Source: Candidatus Iainarchaeum sp. (lineage in GTDB: Archaea; Iainarchaeota; Iainarchaeia; Iainarchaeales; JAZDFD01). From it: a DNA stretch of 64,000 bases. This document shows, piece by piece, positions 19,165-29,725 of this stretch (position 1 is the first letter of the stretch; every line of letters begins with the position of its first letter). The stretch covers positions 10,017-74,016 of the forward strand of contig JAZDFD010000024.1 of NCBI GenBank assembly GCA_043808155.1. The letters run 5' to 3'. Below the pieces are notes generated by a model, which did not search any database, had not been told where the DNA came from, and saw nothing but the letters and a program-made list of their open reading frames with translations. The position numbers and the translations under genes were made by a program.

Positions 19165-20409
19165 ATGGAACCCAATTTTGAAGAAGTTGATGAAGCAGAA
19201 CTAATGCAGTTCAAGAAAAAGCTAGCGAAGCTTAAAACATATCAGGGACGCGGCACTGAATTAATTTCGTTGTATCTGCCTGAAGATGTTGACAGAAGTT
19301 CAGTAATGGGTCAAATCACAGAAGAAACTTCACAGAGTAGCAATATAAAAAGTCCGACAACAAGGAAAAATGTTCAGGGTGCGTTAAGAAAAATAAACAA
19401 CTTCCTGAAGCAGATTGATTTCAAATTACCAAAAAATGGTTTGGCTGTTTTCTGTGGAAACATCTCTGACATGGAGGGCAAATCAGACATTCAGTTAATG
19501 ACCTTAAGACCCGCAATGCAATTAAAAGTAAAACTTTACAGATGTGATTCAAAATTCTTTTTAGATCCAATGGACCAGATGATTAAGCCGAATGAAATTT
19601 ATGCTTTAGCAACTGTTGACAAAAATGAAGCAACTATTGCACTGCTTTCAGGAAAAAAATATGAAATTCTCGGGCATTTTACTTCGGGAGTTGCAGGAAA
19701 AGCACGTGCAGGTGGTCAGAGTGCAAAAAGATTTGAACATTTGAGAGAAGAAGCTGCGCAGGACTTTTACAAACGAATAAGTGAAAAATTGAACGAAATT
19801 TTTCTCAAAGATGTTGATAAATTGAAAGGCATGATTATCGGCGGACCTGGAATGACAAAAACTTTTTTCATTAATAAAAATTTGATTGACCACAGACTGA
19901 TGAATAAACTCATCGGAACTGTTGATACTGCATACACAGATGATTCAGGGATTAGGGAAATGGTAAACAAATCTGAAAAACTTCTGAAAGATACAGACAT
20001 TATGAGAGAAAAATCAATTATCAATTCATTTATGGGAAATGTTGTGAAAAATAATCTTGGTGTTTATGGTAAAAAAGAAACCGAGGAAGCTGTAATGCTC
20101 GGGAAAGTAGACACTCTGCTAATTAGTGAAGAATTGGGTTGGATGGTTTACAGATATAAGTGTACTGTGTGCGGAAAAGAAAAAGAAATTACTACAAAAG
20201 AACCCAAAGAATTTGATCATAACGCAGTAAAATGCGAAAAATGCAATTCTGCAGTTGAGCTTATGGAAGAAGTTGATTACATAGATCACATGATTGAGAA
20301 AGCAAAACAGACAGGCTCAAAAATAAAGCTAATTTCTACAGATACATCGGAAGGCGAACAATTCCTCGCAGGTTTTGGCGGAATCGGTGCAATACTGAGG
20401 TATAAGTAA
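19165..20409 (+). CDS. prf1: peptide chain release factor aRF1
   Basis: GTELISLY, NIKS, YRCD, GGQS, GFGGIGAILRY. Confidence 0.97.
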   Translation: MEPNFEEVDEAELMQFKKKLAKLKTYQGRGTELISLYLPEDVDRSSVMGQITEETSQSSNIKSPTTRKNVQGALRKINNFLKQIDFKLPKNGLAVFCGNISDMEGKSDIQLMTLRPAMQLKVKLYRCDSKFFLDPMDQMIKPNEIYALATVDKNEATIALLSGKKYEILGHFTSGVAGKARAGGQSAKRFEHLREEAAQDFYKRISEKLNEIFLKDVDKLKGMIIGGPGMTKTFFINKNLIDHRLMNKLIGTVDTAYTDDSGIREMVNKSEKLLKDTDIMREKSIINSFMGNVVKNNLGVYGKKETEEAVMLGKVDTLLISEELGWMVYRYKCTVCGKEKEITTKEPKEFDHNAVKCEKCNSAVELMEEVDYIDHMIEKAKQTGSKIKLISTDTSEGEQFLAGFGGIGAILRYK

Positions 20410-21666
20410 ATGTCCACAATACACTATTCTACTTCAGCCAAAGGCATTGGCGGGCAGATAAAACGAAGATATTCTGATTTTATAGTTGAGGAAAAAACAC
20501 TGGATGGAAAGAAATGTGAAGTTAAGCGATTTATCAGTGATGAAGAAATCCAAAAAGACAAAAATGAAATTTTAATTCCTGAAAACCCGGAAAAGAAAGA
20601 ACAGCTTCATTTAGAACTTGAGAAAATAAACAAGGATTTGAATTTCATAATAAAAGATTTAACACGTTATTTGAGATGCAGTAAAAAAAGAATTGGTTAT
20701 GCTGGTTTAAAGGACAAACGGGGAGTTACCTGTCAGAAAATTTCAATATTTGATCCTGATGTGGAAAAATTAAAAGTTTTTGGAAGAGCAGGAGTTGAAT
20801 TAAGAAATGCAGAGTGGGCAGATGACAGAATTAACATAGGGAATTTGCAGGGAAACTATTTCACAATCACAATAAGAGATATTTCACTTGAAAAAGAAGA
20901 GTTAGAAACTGAAATAAAAAAATGCTTCAAAGAAATGAAAAATGGAATTGCAAATTATTTTGGGGAACAGAGATTTGGGGGAATAAGACAGATTACTCAC
21001 CTTGTTGGAAAAGAATTTGTGACAGGAAATTTCAAAAACGGAGTTATGCTTTATTTAACATCAACATGTCCTGAAGAACATGATGAAATAAGAAACGCGA
21101 GACTGAATCTTGGGAAAACAAATGATTTTGCACAGGCAACAAAAGAATTTCCAAAAGAACAAAGATATGAACGTTCAATGATTCATCATTTATGCAAATA
21201 TCCAAATGATTATGTGGGTGCGTTTGGAAAACTTCCTAAAGCTATAAGATATCTTTTTACGCATGCATACCAAAGTTATCTTTACAATAAAATCATCGAG
21301 AAAAGAATCGAAAAATATGGCAAAATTGAGAAAATTGATGGTGATGTTCTGCACAACGGAATTCCGACTGTACCTTTAATTGGTTTTGAAACAAAACTTT
21401 CGGAAAGCAAAGCAGGGGAAATAGAAAAACTTGTGTTGGAAGAGGAAGGAGTTTCCACTGATAATTTCAAAGTCAAACAAATGCCTGAAATTTCATCAAA
21501 AGGAAATAAACGTGAGATTCTTCTTTATCCTGAAGAACTGAAACTTATTGAAATTTCAGAAGATGAATTCTATGAAGGGAAATTAAAAGCAAAAATCACA
21601 TTCTATCTTTCAAAAGGAAATTATGCAACAGTTGTTCTCGAAGAGCTTATGAAAAGCTCTGCGTAA
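20410..21666 (+). CDS. truD: tRNA pseudouridine(13) synthase
   Basis: DFIVEE, YAGLKDK, GNYFTI, NYFGEQRFG, HAYQSYL, KGNYATVVL. Confidence 0.96.
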   Translation: MSTIHYSTSAKGIGGQIKRRYSDFIVEEKTLDGKKCEVKRFISDEEIQKDKNEILIPENPEKKEQLHLELEKINKDLNFIIKDLTRYLRCSKKRIGYAGLKDKRGVTCQKISIFDPDVEKLKVFGRAGVELRNAEWADDRINIGNLQGNYFTITIRDISLEKEELETEIKKCFKEMKNGIANYFGEQRFGGIRQITHLVGKEFVTGNFKNGVMLYLTSTCPEEHDEIRNARLNLGKTNDFAQATKEFPKEQRYERSMIHHLCKYPNDYVGAFGKLPKAIRYLFTHAYQSYLYNKIIEKRIEKYGKIEKIDGDVLHNGIPTVPLIGFETKLSESKAGEIEKLVLEEEGVSTDNFKVKQMPEISSKGNKREILLYPEELKLIEISEDEFYEGKLKAKITFYLSKGNYATVVLEELMKSSA

Positions 21667-21698
21667 ATAATAAAAGCTCATAGAGCATTATAGACTCT

Positions 21699-22661
21699 AT
21701 GGATTACGACCTTGTGAAATATGTTCTATTTGTTAGTTCTTTTTTGATTTCATTAGGCGCAGTATTTATTTTCTCGAAAATCAACAAACAAAACGGGATA
21801 ATTGGAATTGACATAAACAAAAAAGCCCAGACAATTATTCCTGAAAGTACGGGCGTTGGTTTGCTTATTCCTCTGATTTTAGGAGTTGCAGCATATGCTT
21901 ATCTTGAGGGTTTGAGAATTGGTTTAATTGCATGGATTGTCACGATTTTTGGTTTTGCTGCAGTTGGTTTTTTAGATGATGTACATCACAAATTTCTCAA
22001 GCAGACAATTGGCTGGCAAACGCGTGCAATTACAGTTGTTATTATTTCATTAATTTTTTCAGTTCTTTATGCACCTGAATTATTGTGGGCAATTCCCATT
22101 GCAGCATTTATTGGAATTATTGCAGGACTTCAAAATACTTTTGCAGGTCTTAATGGCTGGGAAGTTGGTTCTGGTTTTATAATTTCTGCATTTTTAATGC
22201 TCGTGCTTTGGGAAAATCACTTTTTCCTGATTAGCGTAATTTTATGTGGGGCGATTTTAGGTTTGCTTTTACTCAATAAATATCCTGCAAAAGTATTTCC
22301 TGGTGACAGCGGAACATTGATTATTGGTTCTGCAATGTCAGCATTGGTTGTGCTTTCCGGAGATGTTAAAGCAATGCTAATCACATGTTTGTTTTTCATT
22401 CCGCATTTATTTGATTTTTTAATTCTTAAAATGCTGACAAATCCGAATGACCCCAGCCAGATGAAAGTACGGCCTTATTCATTAAATGCACAGGGGAAAC
22501 TTGAAATTCCAAAATACAAAGATGGCAAAATAAAATATGATTTTGCAAAATTAATAATCAGGATTTTCGGACCTCTGAAAGAATGGCAAATTATTTGTGT
22601 TATTTGGGGTGTTGTGATTGCTAATTGTTTATTATGGACTTATTTATTTGGTTACTTTTGA
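21699..22661 (+). CDS. MraY/GPT-family polyprenyl-phosphate GlcNAc-1-P transferase (AglH-like)
   Basis: Multi-TM; GIDINK, GFLDD, NTFAGLNG, KYPAKVFPGDSGT. Confidence 0.88.
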   Translation: MDYDLVKYVLFVSSFLISLGAVFIFSKINKQNGIIGIDINKKAQTIIPESTGVGLLIPLILGVAAYAYLEGLRIGLIAWIVTIFGFAAVGFLDDVHHKFLKQTIGWQTRAITVVIISLIFSVLYAPELLWAIPIAAFIGIIAGLQNTFAGLNGWEVGSGFIISAFLMLVLWENHFFLISVILCGAILGLLLLNKYPAKVFPGDSGTLIIGSAMSALVVLSGDVKAMLITCLFFIPHLFDFLILKMLTNPNDPSQMKVRPYSLNAQGKLEIPKYKDGKIKYDFAKLIIRIFGPLKEWQIICVIWGVVIANCLLWTYLFGYF

Positions 22662-23652
22662 AAAGAAATGCAAACCCCATGCTTAAAAGTGTTGGAATAA
22701 GCAATCTGAAAACATCAAAAACAATTATTACAACTGCAATTTCTGAAAATGATAATTCAATCATTGAAAGAGAAGGCATTGAAAGATATATGTAACCTGC
22801 AAGTTCAACAATACCAATACCACGTGGCAGGAAAGGAGTTCTTTCAAGTATGGAAAGTATCACAAACAAAACAATTACTGATTCAACCGGAATGAAAACA
22901 TTTGCAGAATAAAATGCAAACAAAAGTGAAAGAAATTCAAAAACCCATGAAAGAAAAACAACCGCGGTAATGAATACAAAGAAACTCAATGAAAGTGAAC
23001 TCAAATAATCAGAATAACTTTCAAAAAACTTTTCCAGCTTTGAAAAAATCTTAATTTTTGAAGATATTTTTCTTAATTGAAAAATCATTTTTGAACCTAT
23101 TTTTTTGTTTATTGGCAAAAGAAATAACAAAGCAGCAAACAAAACAACTGCAAAACCTGAGAGCATTGCAAACAACATTAACAGATTATATTTTGCAGTT
23201 AAAAGAAACATTCCCAAAAACAGTGCAGATGTTAGTGCAATAAGCATGAATTTAATTCCCTTTACAAGAAGAGATGCTGAAACAGAAATTGAATAGGGCG
23301 TGTTGTGGGATTCTTTAAGATGCAGGGATCTCATGGCTTCTGCACCTACCTGAAGAGGTGTAAGAGCGCCATAAACTGCCCGCCATCCTGCAGAAAGCAC
23401 ACTTGAAAACCTTAGATTTGTGCGTTTTTTTAGCACAAAAGCCCATGAAATTATCCATATTGTGATAGATAACACAAAAAAAAGTGCCCCAAGGGTGCCC
23501 AAAACAGGATTTATGCTGGAAATTGTGGTGATTAGTTCACTTTGCCCAAGAAGACCACTGTTTCCCAACCCCCCAAAATATAGGATTAGAAGCGAAATAA
23601 GGGCGAAAACCGCTATCAGAGACACTATTGCAGTTTTTAGGTATTTGTCCAT
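22621..23652 (-). CDS. lysylphosphatidylglycerol synthase TM / flippase-like membrane protein
   Basis: Multi-TM; LTPLQVGAEAMR, TPFLPRGIGIVE, DVFRLL patterns. Confidence 0.75.
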   Translation of the reverse strand: MDKYLKTAIVSLIAVFALISLLILYFGGLGNSGLLGQSELITTISSINPVLGTLGALFFVLSITIWIISWAFVLKKRTNLRFSSVLSAGWRAVYGALTPLQVGAEAMRSLHLKESHNTPYSISVSASLLVKGIKFMLIALTSALFLGMFLLTAKYNLLMLFAMLSGFAVVLFAALLFLLPINKKIGSKMIFQLRKISSKIKIFSKLEKFFESYSDYLSSLSLSFFVFITAVVFLSWVFEFLSLLFAFYSANVFIPVESVIVLFVILSILERTPFLPRGIGIVELAGYIYLSMPSLSMIELSFSEIAVVIIVFDVFRLLIPTLLSMGFAFLFKSNQINKSIINN

Positions 23653-23654
23653 TT

Positions 23655-24275
23655 TCAGGCCCCTAATTTGTGAATCAGATCATTACTTTGACCAACAATG
23701 GTTTCTGCATCGCTGTAAAGAAGTTCTGCAAGAGTGAATGTGGCATTACTAATGTTAGTGTAATCAGTAGGTGTAATGTAAATTTCATTTTCGTAAAGTT
23801 TGATTTGTGATTTTGATAAAGACTTCAAAGGACGTTCTAAAATAATTTTTACAGCATTTGAAGAATCCAAAAATGCATTGCATTCATCTACTGAAAAATT
23901 AATTTCAGAATCATAATTACCCATATTAGAACTGCATGAAACAAGTTCTGAATCTGCATTTACAACTTTCAAAAAAGTTATTGCATTTTTATCATGGGCA
24001 ACTAAAACCACTGAAAGAGTTAACATTGAATTAAACATGTAATTGTTCAGAGCATCATTTTCTTTAAAATCGAAAATAAGCAAAAAGTCATTATTTGTTT
24101 TGTATGAATCCAATACATAAGTTAAATCATCAGAGTAAGAAATTATAGTAATATTATTTCTTTCAAAATTATTTGACGAAGCATAAAAAATAAATGCAAA
24201 AGCCACAATCAAAATTAATGAAATAATAATCAATAATTTGTGTGTTTTACTAATCATACAATTTAATGCGCGCAA
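23655..24275 (-). CDS. hypothetical N-terminally anchored protein
   Basis: Single N-terminal hydrophobic helix; co-oriented between S-layer and flippase-like genes. Confidence 0.6.
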   Translation of the reverse strand: MRALNCMISKTHKLLIIISLILIVAFAFIFYASSNNFERNNITIISYSDDLTYVLDSYKTNNDFLLIFDFKENDALNNYMFNSMLTLSVVLVAHDKNAITFLKVVNADSELVSCSSNMGNYDSEINFSVDECNAFLDSSNAVKIILERPLKSLSKSQIKLYENEIYITPTDYTNISNATFTLAELLYSDAETIVGQSNDLIHKLGA

Positions 24276-24349
24276 AAGTAATAAAAAACAAACGAAATAA
24301 TTAGGTCTTATACATAATCAATAACGATTTTTACATCATGCATAAAATG

Positions 24350-24388
24350 AAAAAAAAGAAAAAGAAAATTAGGCAAAATGCCTAATTT
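24350..24388 (-). terminator. hairpin plus oligo-T terminator of S-layer gene
   Basis: AAATTAGGCA-AAA-TGCCTAATTT at the stop codon, followed on the minus strand by a long T-rich tract. Confidence 0.7.
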
Positions 24389-27320
24389 ATTTTAATGCTT
24401 CAAGTGCAGCAATCAATTCTTGTGCAGCTGTTTTTGTGTCAGATGCTGTGTAACCTGCAACAATGATGTCGCCGTCTGCAAGCATTTCTGCCACATACTG
24501 ACCTGGTGAGGTCAATGCTTCTTCAAGAGTTGTGCCGTCGCTTAAACCTAGTCCAACTGCTAAGTTGTTTACTTTATGTCCACCAATTATGATGTGATTG
24601 CCTGCCCTGACATATGAATCATCATATACAAGGTCTCCTGCTGAGACAACCGCTGAATATTTACTTGGTGTTGCGACTGCGTCACCAACTCCACAAGTTC
24701 CTGCTGTGTAGTTGATTGCACTTACTGTAACTTCTGTACCGCCTGAAGTTTTACCAGTATCTCCATCTCCGAGACCTGTTAAAGCTTCACCGCCGGATAC
24801 AACAGTTGTAGTTCCTTCACCATATACAATGAACTTCAATTTCTCTTGGTTCTCTGGAATAGTGAAAGTCACTGCATCTTCAGTCAACACAGTTTTTGTA
24901 CCATAGTCTGACCATGAATTCGCCACATATGATGAGTGATTAGTTCTCATGTCATATCCTGTAGTACTTCCTCCAGTTGCTCTAAAGACATTTACATCAC
25001 CGGAGTATGAACTCAAGTTAGTTGACCCTATGTCTGCACCTAATGGTTTTCCAGTTTCTGTGTTTATGAAGACATTGTAGTCACCACTAGATGAAAGTGC
25101 AGTAATGTCTAAATTCTCTGACACATTGAAGTGAGCAACATAGTAAACTCCTGTTGAACCACCACCAAATCTAAGGTAATTTGGTACATAGTAGGAGAGT
25201 TCTGTTTCTAAGTCTTCGTCATTGTCAGTACCAATGAATGCTACGTCACTAGTGTAGTAACCTGAAAGGTTAGTACTGTCTTCTAACAACAGATAGAATT
25301 CACCATCAGCTTCACTTGCATAGAATGCATATTCTACAGTGTCATCAATACCCGTGGTAGTTAATGAAACTGGATTTGCATAGAATGCAAGACTGGTTGT
25401 GTTCTTATCGTCGTAGTAGAATGTGTTCATGTGGTTTGCAGTGTCGATGTATTCAGAGTCTGATGGTGCTGTTGATCCACCAAGCGCCTGAGTTGCGAAC
25501 TGACAGTTACCATCTGCAGTTAATGTAAGTGAGTTGTTGTCTGAACCCAATGTTGTAATAGTGTATGTTACACCATTGAGGTCCACACTTGCATAGTTAC
25601 ATGTTAGAATTCTACCGTCTAGCATGATTATGTTTGCATCTGCTACTGTTGCGTTGTCACAATCAACTGTTTTGAATTGCACCAATCCATTAATTGCATT
25701 TGTATCTGTTGGTGTTGGATCTGCTACATTCAAATCGAATACTGCTGCTTCATCACATTTGTAGTAGATTGTGTCGCCCATAAAGCTGAAGCTACTTCCG
25801 AGTGATCCTGTTGAACCTGTAATGACAAATGGAACTGCGTTTGCACCATAGTATGGTGTTCCGCCATTGTCAGTATATCCAATAGATCCATCGTATGAAC
25901 TAAAGCTTGGACCGTTGGTAACTGAACCAATCTCGACTTTTACTACTGACTGATCAGCTTTCCAACCTTCGAATTTCAGAGTCACAATACCATATCCTGC
26001 AGCGTCTTCTTCACCTGCAAGGAAAACCCATTCATTGTTTGCTGCTTTATCTGCATCAAATGCAGATTTTTCAGCATACAGTGGGGACTGTGTACTTCTC
26101 TTTGAAAGTCCGTTGTTGTTACTCTTAATTGTTATTTTTGTAATTGCTGTTTCGCTTGTAATTGTCTGAGTTCCTGCTGTGATTTCAGTTACCCAGTAGT
26201 CTTCGGTAGTTGAAGTTCTTGTTGATCTGTACGGGTATTCGTGGTTGTGCTTCATTTTTGCAATTGCTGAACCAGTTGTTACTGAAACTTTACCCTTGTT
26301 AGTTGTTGATTCCTTTGCTACTGACTCAATATAAACAACACCCTTTAAAGGATAATTTCCGCTTGAGTCAACAAATTGGTCGTTTAGGTATGCAGCTGCT
26401 GAAGCAGAGTATGTATCTACAAGGTTTCCTTCTTCATCATAAAGTGAGAAATCTGCCTTATATGTTGCTGTGCTGCCAGTCTCTGTTAGTGAATCGAAAG
26501 TTACAGTCATAGTCTGACCTGCGTAGTCTGCATCGCCTTCAAGGTCGGTTAATGATCCGCCCTCGTAGATTACTTGTGTTTCAGAATCTTTCATCAAAGT
26601 TATAGTGTAATCTGGTGATGTTCCGGATACACTTTGAACTTTGAATTTTTCACCAAAGAGGAAGATGTCGATTTTGTTTGCATCGCCTGATTCAAAAGTT
26701 ATGGGGATTCCTTCCTGTATTAAAACTTCATAGTTGAAATCGTTTATCGAACTTGCGGAAACGATTAATTCACCCATACTTTTTGCGGCTTGTGTTTCAA
26801 ATGCAGCATCTAAATCTAAACCAATTTTTTCTTCAATTCTTTGGTCGTATGATGTTGAGTTAATTCTGTAAGTTAAGATTTCATCTTTAAGGAAAGCTAA
26901 CTTGCCGTCATCTATTTCCAAAAGAAATTCTTTATTTAGTATATTTGAGGACATAGTGTTGTCATCGTAAGTGTGGCTTGAGTCTGAACTATATGATTCA
27001 GTTCCGCCGACTGTTAAGTCAACACTTAATCCTGTTGGGGTTGATTCGCCGCCTTCAGTACCTGGAGTTAGAACAACACTTTTGTCCATTGTTGCTAATT
27101 GTGCAACACGAACAGCAATGTTACCTGCCCAGATATAATCTGAAACAGCTGCGCCGTTTGAACCACCGACAATATCTACTACGGGTTTACCGTCACTGCC
27201 GATGATATCACTTTTTGCTAGATCTGTAAACTTTGCAGTTACCATTGGAGCAAGTGCTGTACCCAAAAGTGCAGCGCCGATTCCAATTGCAGCTAGCTTT
27301 TTGACATTAAGTCTTTTCAT
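24387..27320 (-). CDS. S-layer protein
   Basis: MKRLNVKKLAAIG signal; IVGG..AAVSD N-domain; C-domain IIIGGHKVNNL...IIVAGYTASDT..AA; acidic, S/T-rich; SD GAGGTGA upstream. Confidence 0.88.
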   Translation of the reverse strand: MKRLNVKKLAAIGIGAALLGTALAPMVTAKFTDLAKSDIIGSDGKPVVDIVGGSNGAAVSDYIWAGNIAVRVAQLATMDKSVVLTPGTEGGESTPTGLSVDLTVGGTESYSSDSSHTYDDNTMSSNILNKEFLLEIDDGKLAFLKDEILTYRINSTSYDQRIEEKIGLDLDAAFETQAAKSMGELIVSASSINDFNYEVLIQEGIPITFESGDANKIDIFLFGEKFKVQSVSGTSPDYTITLMKDSETQVIYEGGSLTDLEGDADYAGQTMTVTFDSLTETGSTATYKADFSLYDEEGNLVDTYSASAAAYLNDQFVDSSGNYPLKGVVYIESVAKESTTNKGKVSVTTGSAIAKMKHNHEYPYRSTRTSTTEDYWVTEITAGTQTITSETAITKITIKSNNNGLSKRSTQSPLYAEKSAFDADKAANNEWVFLAGEEDAAGYGIVTLKFEGWKADQSVVKVEIGSVTNGPSFSSYDGSIGYTDNGGTPYYGANAVPFVITGSTGSLGSSFSFMGDTIYYKCDEAAVFDLNVADPTPTDTNAINGLVQFKTVDCDNATVADANIIMLDGRILTCNYASVDLNGVTYTITTLGSDNNSLTLTADGNCQFATQALGGSTAPSDSEYIDTANHMNTFYYDDKNTTSLAFYANPVSLTTTGIDDTVEYAFYASEADGEFYLLLEDSTNLSGYYTSDVAFIGTDNDEDLETELSYYVPNYLRFGGGSTGVYYVAHFNVSENLDITALSSSGDYNVFINTETGKPLGADIGSTNLSSYSGDVNVFRATGGSTTGYDMRTNHSSYVANSWSDYGTKTVLTEDAVTFTIPENQEKLKFIVYGEGTTTVVSGGEALTGLGDGDTGKTSGGTEVTVSAINYTAGTCGVGDAVATPSKYSAVVSAGDLVYDDSYVRAGNHIIIGGHKVNNLAVGLGLSDGTTLEEALTSPGQYVAEMLADGDIIVAGYTASDTKTAAQELIAALEALK

Positions 27321-27563
27321 GTTTTGTTTCACCTCACATCTCATAAAAAATAAGGTTAAGTTACAGGGACCCCTGTCTTAGATCATAAATTCTCTAATAG
27401 GCAATTGTAACTAGACCCAGTATCTTAAAACCCCGTGGGTATTTAAATAGTTTTCGCTTTCGAAAAGCAATATAAATGCTTCTTTTCAGGAATAAAGCCC
27501 AAAATACGGGTTTTGTTGTATTGGGCATCGTCAATTCACGAATATAAAATATACTTATTGTCT

Positions 27564-27594
27564 ATACTATAAATACTATAAAGAATACTATAAA
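27564..27594. repeat. three ATACTATAAA direct repeats upstream of the S-layer gene
   Basis: Copies at 27564, 27573 and 27585. Confidence 0.5.
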
Positions 27595-27615
27595 GAACAC
27601 ATCTGGTAATTATTA

Positions 27616-28254
27616 CTATTTTTTGAAAATATTCCTGTGAAATCTTTCAAGTTCTTCTCTGTTCATTAATTTTGTAACATACTCTGTATACTTATGAAGC
27701 ATTTCTGACAGATCAATTAAACCATCCTGCAAATCATGTGCAGTGAATTCCATTTTTTCTGGTTTAATAATTTCAAGTGACGCAGGTGCGTAAAACATTA
27801 CAAAGTGCATTAAAGTTGTGAAGTCTCTTACTGTTAAATTAATTTCTAAATAAGAAGAATAATATTCATCTTCTTTTGTGATTTCTGCTTTTTCAACTGA
27901 ATAAATTGTAAAATCTTTTTCTTTGTTAAGTGCAATTTCCATTTTTGAAAGTTGATGTTCAAGAAGTGTTTTTTCAATAGCCTGCATTTCAATAAAAGCA
28001 TTAAGTCTTAGTTTGAAAGAATCATCTTCACTTATTCTTTTTCTTCTTTTCACTTCCTGACTTATATTTTCTTTTAATTTGTATTTTGTGGGATAGCCTT
28101 CCTTTACAATTACGTCTAGTTTTAGCAATCCACTAAGCTCCTGCATGAGCTTGTCATAGGGTATATCCAGCTGTTTATTCAGTTCTTCAGCTGTTTTAGA
28201 ACCATACATCAACAGCATTGCAATTCGTTTTTGTTCCTCAGTAAAGCGAGTCAT
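27616..28254 (-). CDS. N-terminal winged-HTH hypothetical protein
   Basis: KTAEELNKQLDIPYDKL...LLKLDVI wHTH-like segment; C-domain with YAPASLEIIKPE. Confidence 0.6.
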   Translation of the reverse strand: MTRFTEEQKRIAMLLMYGSKTAEELNKQLDIPYDKLMQELSGLLKLDVIVKEGYPTKYKLKENISQEVKRRKRISEDDSFKLRLNAFIEMQAIEKTLLEHQLSKMEIALNKEKDFTIYSVEKAEITKEDEYYSSYLEINLTVRDFTTLMHFVMFYAPASLEIIKPEKMEFTAHDLQDGLIDLSEMLHKYTEYVTKLMNREELERFHRNIFKK

Positions 28255-28291
28255 AACTCAAAAGAGGTTAAAAACATTTTAAAACCATTGT

Positions 28292-28636
28292 GTGGTTAAA
28301 ATTACTATGTTCCCAATACTAGATGTAATTCCGGAACTCGTGGGAAATGAGCTTGGGTCCACGATTACTGACACTGCAGCTGAGGGTGCAGCACAGCTTG
28401 TTGGAAATCCGCTTATTTTTGTCGGCGGGGTTGTTCTGATTTTAATTGCAGTTCTTGTTTTTGTTACACTTAAAAAAATATTAGTTAATTCAGTTCTGGG
28501 ATTAGTTGGCTGGGTAATTGTTGTTATGCTTTTGCATATTGACCTTCCGTTTATTCCAAGTTTAATTATAAGTGCAATTTTTGGTTTAGCTGGTTTGGGT
28601 ACACTTCTTTTACTGAGATTCTTTGGTTTATTTTAG
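28292..28636 (+). CDS. small membrane protein (BofA-like pattern)
   Basis: Three hydrophobic segments; KILVNSVLG...IFGLAG. Confidence 0.6.
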   Translation: MVKITMFPILDVIPELVGNELGSTITDTAAEGAAQLVGNPLIFVGGVVLILIAVLVFVTLKKILVNSVLGLVGWVIVVMLLHIDLPFIPSLIISAIFGLAGLGTLLLLRFFGLF

Positions 28637-28667
28637 AAAAAGAATTATTTAGTTACAAAACATTTAA

Positions 28668-29696
28668 TTACAAAATAATGTTTGATTGTGTTTTGCATTT
28701 TTTGCATTTTCCATCTGAATCTAATTCTTCAAAAGTTAGTGAATAACCATTTCTGTTTATGAGAATTGCATTGCATTTACTGCAAACTGTACTAAGTTCA
28801 GAATTCACATTCCCAACATAGACGTTTTTCAGACCGGTTTCCAGTGCGATATCACGTGCTAATTTGAGCTTTTCAATCGGCGTAGGTATGAGGTAATTCA
28901 GCTTGTACATTGGGCTGAATTTTGAAAAATGAAGTGGCATTTCAGGATTGATTTCATAAATGAATTCTGAAATTTCTTTCAGTGTTTCTGTGTCATCATT
29001 GTAACCTGGAATTATTAATGTAGTTACTTCTGTGTGAACTTTTTTCTCGTTAAAGAATTTTATGTTTTCTTTTACAAATTTCATTTTTGCATTTCCCGCG
29101 ATTTCATTGTAGAATTTTTCACTTCCTTTCAAATCAATATTTATTGCATCAAGGAACGGCGTGATTTTTTCTGCGAGTTCTTTTGTCATATAACCATTTG
29201 AAACCCAGACATTGTACAAATCATTTTTCTTTGCAAGTTTCATAATTTCAAGTGCGTATTCTGCAAAAATCGTTGGTTCAGTGTAGGTGTAGGCAATTCC
29301 GTCTGCTTCTGAATTTAGGGTTTTTTCAATAACTTTTTCAGGCTCAGTGAAAGGAACTTTGTTCAGAGTTTCTTCATTTCTTACCTGTGAGATGTTATAG
29401 TTCTGACAATGTTTGCAGAAGAAATTACACCCCAATGTTGAGATGCTCATGCAATGCGAATCCGGTCTGAAATGATAAAGCGGTTTTTTTTCAATTGGAT
29501 CAACATCAAAAGTTATTGCTTTTCCATAAACTAATGAATATAATTTGCCTTCATTATTTTTTCTTACTCCGCAGAGTCCTATTTTTGATTCAGGAATTGT
29601 ACATCTTCGATTGCATAAATTACACTGAACAATTTTGGACTCTTTTTTTTCATAGAGCATTGCTTCATGCAGTTTTTCTGAGTTCATTTCAGACAT
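28668..29696 (-). CDS. amrS: AmmeMemoRadiSam system radical SAM enzyme
   Basis: CNLCNRRC..GLCGVR, DPIEKKPLYHF, GCNFFCKHCQN, YTYTEP. Confidence 0.92.
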   Translation of the reverse strand: MSEMNSEKLHEAMLYEKKESKIVQCNLCNRRCTIPESKIGLCGVRKNNEGKLYSLVYGKAITFDVDPIEKKPLYHFRPDSHCMSISTLGCNFFCKHCQNYNISQVRNEETLNKVPFTEPEKVIEKTLNSEADGIAYTYTEPTIFAEYALEIMKLAKKNDLYNVWVSNGYMTKELAEKITPFLDAINIDLKGSEKFYNEIAGNAKMKFVKENIKFFNEKKVHTEVTTLIIPGYNDDTETLKEISEFIYEINPEMPLHFSKFSPMYKLNYLIPTPIEKLKLARDIALETGLKNVYVGNVNSELSTVCSKCNAILINRNGYSLTFEELDSDGKCKKCKTQSNIIL

Positions 29697-29725
29697 ATTT
29701 ATGAACGCTTAAGATTATTAGTTTA

